Of a DNA stretch of 48,614 bases, positions 36,311 through 48,614 are shown piece after piece (within the stretch, counting starts at the first letter, position 1; each line of letters opens with the position of its first letter). The translations under genes and the position numbers were made by a program. Below the pieces are notes generated by a model. The model saw only the letters and a program-made list of their open reading frames with translations. It had not been told where the DNA came from and did no database searches. Location of the stretch: NCBI GenBank assembly GCA_051294375.1, contig CM119265.1:28190553-28239166 (forward strand). Direction: 5' to 3'. This stretch comes from Paraspadella gotoi. Its lineage: Eukaryota > Animalia > Chaetognatha.

Positions 36311-38014
36311 AGTCGGATCTGCTTATTTCAGCAGATCTCGACTTATAACTCACTTTTTCGGTCGTCGGTCCCCCCCCTCAATATTGTCGGGACACACTTA
36401 TATCTGTTCAGAACAATCGAATTATTGATAAATTATGCAAAAAAAATGATGTCGTCCGTCCGTCTGTCTGTTCCTTCCGTCCGTTCGTCCGTCCGTCCGT
36501 CCGTCCGTCCGTCCGTCGTCCGTCCGTCCGTCGTTTCCGTCCGTCCGTCCGTCCGTCCGTCCGTCCGTCCACTAGCAAAAAACACCAATTTACTCGTGAT
36601 TGGATGGATGGATTTTAATGAATTTTGTGTGAGGATAGGTAAGTGTGTGATTGGTGGATATGAAGTTTTCGATTGGAAATCGTCGAGTGGAAATGAGGTT
36701 TAAATGGAAAAAAACAAAAAAAATATTCACTATTGAACACAATTGCTCATGAGTGGATGGGCTATTGACCTGGATTTTGTATGTGGGTTAGGAAAGTGTG
36801 TTGATTGAACAGGAATCAAGTTTCGATGGAATAGTTGAGTGGAAATGAGTTTAAATGAAAAAAACAAAAAAACCTGTTTTACTAATTTGATTATGCTTCT
36901 TTTTCCTTTTATATTAAAATTGTATATGCAGGATGTATTAATAATCAAATAATTAATCAGTTTAATTATCAATTAGTAAATAAATTATAAATAATTAATT
37001 AATTAGTCAAATCAATCCGTCCATCCGTTATCTTTTAGCAAAAGCTCCAATAACTCGTGTTGGCTGGTTGGATTGAGAATTAAATTTTGTGTGTGAGTAG
37101 GAAAGTTGTTGTGATAAAGTGCGATATTAAGTCGATGGATTCGTGTGAGTGGAAATTAGTTTAAATTGGAAAAAACATAGTCGAAATTTACTAAAATCTT
37201 TTTACTTAATTTTAACCAATAAATACTTCTAATTATTCATAATTGGATGGGATAGAATGAGATGGAATTTCGTGTGGGTAGGAAAATGTTTGTGACGAAG
37301 CCCTTGATTATAAAGGTTTCAGTGGAAACGTACCAGTGGAAATGAGTGTTAAATGAAAAAAAATGGTCAACATTTACTTGAATCTTTTTATTTTATTTTA
37401 ACCCTGATAGATTGAGATGAAATTTTTGTGAGCCGTAGGAAAGTGATGTGAAGAAGGCTAGCATATAAAGTTTTTTGAGGAATGCAAGTTGAAAAAATTG
37501 GATTGCAGTTTTGAAAAAAAATGATGCAGTTAAAAAATCTTAAAAAGCTAAGGATCGTCGCTATTGCATAAAAGAGGAGAGAGAGAGAGAGAAGAGGAGA
37601 TGGAGAGAGAGAGCGTGAGAGGAGAAAGAGAGAGAGTGAAGAGAAGAGAGTGAGAAGAGAGAGAGAAGGAGACAATAAAATAAAAAAATCTTAAAAGACT
37701 CAAGATCGAGCCAGAGCCCCACTATCATAGAAAATTAATGAAAACCCGGGAAAAAAAACGATATGAATCATGCGATAACGAATACTATTTGATGTAATAG
37801 TAATTGATTAAAGTAATACTAAATTGTGATGTAATAGTAATTTATTGATGTAATAGGAATGATTCTATTGATTCGATGATAATCATATTTTGATGCGATT
37901 GATAGTCATTCACTGATGCGGATGTTGTCATTCATTGATGCGATGATAGTCAATAAAAACAAGAAAAATGCGTCTGTATGAGTGAAAGAGAGAGAGAAGA
38001 AGAGAGGAGATGAG

Positions 38015-38065
<51 letters not shown>

Positions 38066-39051
38066 AAGGAATAATCCACGAAAATCTCGGTATGAAAATT
38101 GGATTTTGTATTGAAAAAGAAGCGCGGGAATAAAATGGTAATAATATAAAATTTTAGAAGGAAAAAAAATATCAGAATTTCAAAAACAAACGATCCGCAA
38201 GAATCGGACAGAGAGGCGACAGACACACACAGAGAGAAAAAGAGAGAGAGAGAGACAGCCGCTGCAGAGAAAAAGAGAGAGAGAAAGAGCCGATATATAA
38301 TAATTAAAAGAGAGAGAAAGAGAGAAGCTCTACAGCCCCTTACTCGTTTTTAAAGAATCAAGCAGTACCCATGGCGCTGGACGTAGCGTGGCTATTTCTC
38401 TACCAAAGGACCCGGGTTTCGCACCCTGTTGGCGGGCATCGTTTATTTACATTTAGTGAGCCGGACATTATATTCTAAAAATTTTTTTGTAAAAGAAAAA
38501 AAAAAAGAGAGAGAGAGGATGGAGAGAGAGAGAGAAAGAAGCTGAGAGAGAAATCAGAAGAAGCTAGTGACGGATAAAAAGAGAGAGAGAGAGAGAGCGA
38601 CATATATTTAAAAGAAGAGAGAGAGAGAGCGGACATTATAATTTAAAACGTTTTTTGTTTTGTAAATAAAACATAAACAAATACGAATATTGATTGATGA
38701 AACATGGAATTTATTAAAGATCTTGATCTTAGAAGCATATATGAAATTTCAACTCCCTTTGATATCACACTTTCAGAAAGCCATGATTGCAAAAAGGCGT
38801 GAACCGAAAGCTAAACCGGAATCAAAATCGATTAATAGAGGTATTTGTTTTGTTTTGATAAAATGTAACAACAAACATTTAATAACTGTCTGACTCATTT
38901 TAAGGACATCGATTGAGGACACGCTGATATAAATTATAATTAATTATTAAAATTAATTTAATTAATTAAATCTATTAATTAATTAATTAATTAATTCTAT
39001 TAATTAATAATTATCGTAGGCAGAAATCGACATTGTTTGCTCAAACTTGTT
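36311..39051 (+). mobile_element. Complete DINE-1-like Helentron-associated interspersed element (HINE), about 2.7 kb, non-autonomous
   Basis: Inserted after a T run. 5' subTIR AGTCGGATCTGC with adjacent inverted copy GCAGATCTCGACT, (GTCC)n microsatellite at 36451-36570, internal degenerate tandem repeats, and 3' subTIR GCAGAAATCGAC plus short hairpin and T run. This is the DINE-1/HINE architecture. Confidence 0.75.
38362..38430 (+). mobile_element. tRNA-derived SINE-like head captured inside the HINE
   Basis: A-box-like TGGCGCTGGACGTAGCG and B-box-like GGGTTTCGCACCC at tRNA spacing; interrupted homologues at about 597-1815 and 3314-4672. Confidence 0.5.
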
Positions 39052-39765
39052 TTTGTATTTTATTAAGTGAAAGTTTTTTTAAGTTTTTCTCGTTTTTTTT
39101 TGGTAATTTTAAAACTGTTGTAATAATTGTAATGTACCCAAATAATTACTTTAGTGTTTGTTGTCGACAAAATTAATTGTAATCAATTTCGAATTAGTTT
39201 TTCTCCTGATTTTTATTACAAATTTTTATTGCATACGAAGAGATTAGTAGATTTTGATATTTAAAATTATGGACATATAAAATTTATGACTTCGGCTGTT
39301 AGAAAAACGTTGGCCAAATGTTTTTAAAATCACAAGAATAGAGAAAAATCCCGAAGGAAGTGTTTATTAATTTAATGTGTCTAATGGAACTGAGGTTACT
39401 GACGTCAGATGTTAAATTTGTGCAAAGTTTCTCGTGAATCGTCGTATCAAATTAATTAAATTAATATCCAGACAGCGCAGTAAATTTTGAATTTGTTCTA
39501 TTGAACGTTAAACAATTTTTCCTGAAAAACGTTGTTCTTATTTTTATACAAGAAGCTTCCCCTTTCAGCGACGAGACTAAAAGCGACCTCTCTTGTCGAA
39601 CACTGGTAGTTCAGATTTTTGCCTTTTGTTTGGCCTGAAAATATTTTAGTTTAATTTTAAATTAATTATTTTCTTTAAAAATTTAATTTGAATTTTCATT
39701 AGTTACACAGCTACCTAAATAAAAACCTTAAAAGAAAAAAAATAATTTTTTTTTCTTAGGTATAA

Positions 39766-39865
39766 AAAAAACTGCGTATTAAATTTTAACAAGTTTAGCC
39801 AAAAATGACATTAATTTTAATAAAATTTTTGGCTAAACTTGTTAAAATTTAATACGCAGTTTTTT
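39766..39865. repeat. Perfect 41-bp inverted repeat with 18-nt spacer
   Basis: AAAAAACTGCGTATTAAATTTTAACAAGTTTAGCCAAAAAT at 39766-39806 and its exact reverse complement at 39825-39865. Confidence 0.9.
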
Positions 39866-41749
39866 ACGTTTGAGTTATCGTCGGTCTTATTAATCTTCCA
39901 ACAAGCGTATAATCAAACTGTTAATCTTTTAATTACTTATTTAATAAACTAAACAATTAATTATTGTATTATTGAATAATTTATTTAAATAATAATATAT
40001 AAAATTGAAGCGGGACGAAAGTTCCGCGAACGCTTAACCTTTGGATCCGTTCTTAGCTTTATTAAAGTTAATATTTCCATCGACTGCTCCAAGGGACTGG
40101 ATCCCCGAGGATATCATTCCAGGGATTTAATATAAACAAGAAAAGATTTATTTAGATGCGAAGAATTTAATAAAAAATGACATTAAACGTTTATTGAGAT
40201 CGGGAACAAAATATAAAAATAAGTAAATAAAATCTCTTTATAGAAAATATGAGAAAAAAAGTTTAATAAAGACAAAAAGGGCGCTTCAATATTGATACAA
40301 TATTTTTATTAAACAATTGAAATATAATTCAAACAATTGAAATACAATTGTAACATTCTTTGAAATATAATTTACCACTTCATTCCTAAGGAAGCCAGGC
40401 ACTCTGGGAGTGAATAAACGAAACTGTGAGAGAGTCTTGATTGAAAACTTGAAGAGACTTGCTATCTCATTATCTTGTAAGAGTGATGGAGGCCTTAAAC
40501 CACCAAAGCCTATCCAAAGTCAGGGGCGAGATAGAAAATTTATCCAATGAATTTATAATTTCATATCATAGTTTGAATTTCATTAACATTTACTGTAGTA
40601 GATTTATAAGACATTTAATTCATGCTTTGATCTCATTAGATGGACAAAGGTGACGATTCAGAGAGAAAAACTTTAAAATGTCTTTGATAGAGAAAACAAG
40701 AACGTTAATTCAAATGTGTATATTTTAGGTTATCACGTAGGTATATAACTATGAAATATATGTAAAACAATTGTTTTATTGTCGATCACTTAAATCTACA
40801 AAGTTTCAACTAAAACAACCACATGTTATACAAAATATATCACATTAACTTTGTGATCATTTGACTGTATTTTCGTATTGTTACCTGATTACAAAAGTAT
40901 GATACATAAGCACAAAAAAGTATTTAAGCAAAACTTATCAGTCTGCTAAGTATAATTCAAAATGTCCAAGTATTTCATGAATTATATCATATTGAATTTT
41001 AGGTCATGTTTTACTGTTACTTCATGTAATAGCTCTTATGGTACCTTACCTTCTGATCAAATGTGAACTTAATCAATGCAGTATTACAAGACTAATGAAC
41101 ATTTAAAACATAAGTGAGACAGACCAACATACTAACAGAGAGATTCATGATCCGACCCACCAACCGACCGAGGAAGTAAATGAGACATTATAGTTATGAA
41201 GACTCGGAAAAAAAAAATCTCTAATGCAAGTCTTATGGATAAAATTGAATGCTATAAATCCAGAGAAGACGACGCATGACCACGAGACGGGACGACAGAC
41301 GAACAACGATGACCATGATGACGTCAATGATAAAGATGACGTAGAAAGTGATAAGCTCCACTGACATGACGTCAAACATGTCAAACATGATGTTTGATGA
41401 TGATGATGATGATGGAATGATGATGATTATGATGATTATGATGATTGATGATTATGATGATTGATAATAGTCAATGATGATGTTGTTGTTGTTGGTTGTT
41501 GTATGATGAATGATGATGATAATGATATGACGAAACCAGGAAGACGGAATGAAATTGTAGGGTAAAAGGGACAGAGAGAGAGATGGAGATGGAGAGGGAG
41601 TGGGGGAAGAATGAGGAAAGGGGTTTGGATGAGAGGTAGAGAGGAGATGGAGAGCGAGTGGAGGAGGAAGAGAGAGAAGTGAGAGGGAGATAGAGAAGGA
41701 GATGAAATGGGGGAGAGTGGAGGGGCAGCGTTGATAACTCGAGGAAGAA

Positions 41750-43920
41750 ATTCGTCTACCATCTTTCATCATACCGGATCGGCGCAACAAAATCTCATCT
41801 CTCGATCTCATCCTCGTCCCGCATGCTTCTCTCATCTATGACTCTCGATCTTCATCTCGTCGCCGGGCGCAAAGAGCCACGTCCCCATCAGCTCGCATTC
41901 ACTCCCCTCCTCTCTTCTCTCTCTCTCTCTCCGATCGATCGTCTCCTTCGGTCATCCTTCTGGTCGTCTTCTTCTCGTCCAGTCTCCCTTCTCTCTCTCG
42001 CTCGTCCGAAAACAACGGAGTCGGCGACGACTCCATCTCTATAGATATCAAGTCTTTTGATTTTTCGTCCCGGAATCAAAACGAAAATCAAAAAGAAAAG
42101 AAAAGAAAAGAAAAGAAAAGAAAAAAAGGAAAAGAAAAGAAAAGAGAATTAGAGAAGAGAGAGAAAACAAAGGGAATAAAAGAGAGAACATATTTTAGGG
42201 TCAACGACTTAGGGTTCATTCGTAAGCAAAGAATATGAGAGAACACAATGGGGTCATTTGAGGTCAGAATGAGACATTGCGCAAGATTGGGGAAAATGTC
42301 GAATCCAGTCAATCATTGGCGGACAAACTAAGTTCCAATTTTCTTGTTTACCATCGACCATCTGCAAGGAGATGACCACTTCAAACCACCCCCCGGATCG
42401 CGGGACCATGGTTTTCAAATTAAATTGCAACAAGTGCTGACGAAGACTTGAATTAAAGTCGAAACATGTACAGTGTACTATGTACAATGTACATGTAGAC
42501 TGTCTCAAAATAAATCGTTGTTTGCTCTAATTTAAACTTTCCTCCCCCCCCAAAAAAAAATTCGAAATTAAGTTTGTTTTGGGTTTAAATATGAAGTTAA
42601 AGTTTAAGATTAAGTATTAGTTTAGGGTTTCGGCATGAGACTCGGTTAGGGTTTAGCTTAGAGGATAGGGTTAGGGATTAAGATTATTGATTAAGGATTA
42701 AAGTTGAGGATTAGGCTTAGAGATGAGGGTAATAAATTTTTAAACGATTAGTGATAAATAATAGTAAATATGGATTAGTAACAGAAATGGGGCGCTTTTA
42801 AAAAATAGTGCCGATCACGGGCAGGACCCCTTCCCGACTGACCNNNNNNNNNNTTCTTTCATTTTCGATTTTTATCTTTGATTTGTTCATTTTCTCTTTT
42901 TTATTTCCTCTTGGACTCGTTGGCGTCTGCGTCCCCTTTGCAGGAAATTCATTGATGGCCGAGCGGGAATGGAGAGAAGGGTGTGTCAATAACCAGAATT
43001 TTCTTTATTTTTAATGAGAAATATTTAATCAAAATAATTGAAGTAATGTATAGGATAGAAAAGTAGAAAAATATTATTTTTGGGGGGGATTTTAATAAAC
43101 GCATTGTAATTCAATTTATATAAATGTGCCAATTATATGACATAATCGCTGCACAGTAGAGTAATGTGAAAATGATAAAATTTAAAAAAAATAAAATTTA
43201 GCATAAAAAATATTTAAAAAAATAATAAAAATACTTTGATAAATTTATTTTTAAATTTTATATATTAGTGGGCACCAGTGAGCTATATTTATATGTAATA
43301 ATAAATATATAATATGCTAAAATTTCAAATTGCACATTTTTAAATTTTAAGATCCTTGCAAAAAATTTATATAAGAAAATATAATTCTTTTTTAAAAATG
43401 ATTTCATTTAGTTGGTTAAAAATGTAAAAAAACTATATTTCAGATGCCGATTTTTCATTTCAAGCTTAAAATATATTTTCTTATAATTTTAACCTATTTA
43501 ATGAAATTATTTTTTTTATCAACTTTTAACGAGGAATCTTTTTTCAGAATTCAAAAAAAAAATTTTAATTTTTTATATTATATAAGGGTAGTACTATATA
43601 CAAAATAAGTTGACTGGGCTACTATATTTGTAAAAACAGAAAAATAATTATAGATAAGTATTCACTAATATGATAATTTTTAAGATATAACTGCTAAATT
43701 TTGATTTCAAACTTTCACTTCACCCTACTGCACAGTATACACATTATATACCCAAAGCTTATATAGCCTATATGTTTTATGTGACAAGCTTCAAAGGAAA
43801 TTTTAAAATTTTAAAATTTGATAAAAATCATTATCTAATGAATAATTTGAAAAGGATATGACATAGTTTTTATTATATTTTTTTAATCAATTATGTGGTT
43901 GTAAGAATATCAGCCTCAGC

Positions 43921-43994
<74 letters not shown>

Positions 43995-44170
43995 AACACA
44001 CCCTATTAAATCGTAACCTAAACGAAAGGTACCGAGGACACGAAACGCCCTCCCGTGTTGTCCGCCCATCATCCCAACCGAAAAGTCAAAACAAAAGATC
44101 ATCTTATTCCTCTTATTCGTCTTCCGGACTTCAAATTCAGTTCTTCTCTCCATTTCTTGTTTTTTTCTCA
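41750..44170 (-). other. Possible poorly sequenced minus-strand gene divergent from the IQ gene
   Basis: GC-richer exon-like islands at about 44170-44020, 43000-42910, 42361-42254 (CTTGCAG acceptor) and 42042-41790. No consistent frame could be assembled. Confidence 0.25.
43923..43993. repeat. (ATT)n microsatellite
   Basis: Directly visible; explains the poly-I/poly-L ORFs in the track. Confidence 0.95.
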
Positions 44171-44477
44171 TGACTTTGCACAAAGCGATACTAAAAAAAA
44201 ATGACCAAAAGTCAACCTTCGAAGAAACAATAAAAAAAAAACAGAAACAATTTAATCGTTGTAGCCTTAGAATAATGAAGTATCATCTTACCAAAAAAAT
44301 AACAACAAAAAAACCCAAAATGAATTTCTCTTTTAGATGAGATTTTAAGAAAAAAAAAACAAAACAATTTGTTCTTCAATTTTTTTTTTGTTTTTCAAAA
44401 CAACAAAGTTTTTTTCGCACGCAACTTTTTGAATTTTTTAAAAAATTTTGCCGCAAAAGAAAAAAAGAGACGAGCAG

Positions 44478-44486
44478 CGCCATCTT
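44478..44486 (+). promoter_or_regulatory. YY1-like motif near the probable transcription start of the IQ gene
   Basis: CGCCATCTT about 70 bp upstream of the ATG at 44551. Confidence 0.3.
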
Positions 44487-44550
44487 GAGACATAAATGGA
44501 CGAGACTGACCGACTGAGAGACTGACTGAACGACCTGATCATCCGACAAC

Positions 44551-48075
<3,525 letters not shown>

Positions 48076-48109
48076 GTAAGGAAATCGGGGTGAGGGTTAG
48101 ATTAACTGT

Positions 48110-48566
48110 GATCTTTGGATATCTTTGAATCTTTGGATATCTTTGAATCTTTGGATATCTTTGAATCTTTCGATATCTTTGAATCTTTGGATATATTTGA
48201 ATCTTTGGATTTAGAGAGAGAGACCGGTGGTAAGTCGTCTCAAATCTTTGGATATCTTTGAATCTTTTGATATCTTTGAATCTTTGGATGTCTATGAATC
48301 TTTGGATATCTTTGAATCTTTCGATATCTTTGAATCTTTCGATATCTTTGAATCTTTGGATATCTTTGAATCTTTCGATATCTTTGAATCTTTGGATATC
48401 TTTGAATCTTTCAATATCTTTGAATCTTTGGATATCTTTGAATCTTTCGATATCTTTGAATCTTTGGATATCTTTGAATCTTTTGATATCTTTGAATCTT
48501 TGGATATCTTTGAATCTTTCGATATCTTTGAATCTTTGGATATCTTTGAATCTTTCGATATCTTTG
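48110..48566 (+). repeat. 18-bp intronic minisatellite (two 9-bp subunits)
   Basis: (GGATATCTTTGAATCTTT)n with G/C/T variants, interrupted at about 48210-48243. Confidence 0.95.
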
Positions 48567-48614
48567 TATGCAAAACTTTCAATCGTTTCTCCTCTAATTT
48601 AAACTAGGAAAGGG

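Noticed and set aside
38362-38430. Functional tRNA gene
   Set aside because: A/B-box-like motifs are present but there is no convincing acceptor stem or cloverleaf, and it is embedded in a repeat family.
48227-48607. Repetitive ORFs (DIFESL / ISKDSK)
   Set aside because: Product of an 18-bp minisatellite downstream of a strong GTAAGG donor, i.e. intronic.

Overview
AT-rich, microsatellite-rich eukaryotic (invertebrate animal-like) DNA from a noisy, gap-containing long-read assembly. Most ORFs in the supplied track are (GA)n/(CT)n artefacts. I reconstructed three spliced genes by hand. (1) The 3' part of a + strand gene joining a C-type lectin domain exon (8608-8772) to a 10-Cys 'GEGDCD' module (15212-17145). 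(2) A - strand gene (26095-20576) ending in an F5/8 type C/galactose-binding-like domain, whose 3.3 kb last intron contains decayed same-strand coding exons. (3) A + strand gene (44551 to beyond 48075) with an N-myristoylation-like start, a 16-nt microexon and tandem IQ motifs. The intergenic and intronic space holds DINE-1-like Helentron (HINE) elements, hAT-like MITEs, a tRNA-derived SINE head, Penelope-type minimal hammerhead ribozyme motifs, minisatellites and several near-identical tandem segmental copies that are probably assembly artefacts. The most interesting signal is an apparent structure-assisted splicing style: several introns have mutually complementary 5' and 3' ends, many acceptors are AAG (some lacking pyrimidine tracts), and there are candidate GG/GA donors. 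All gene models are by-eye predictions without transcript support.
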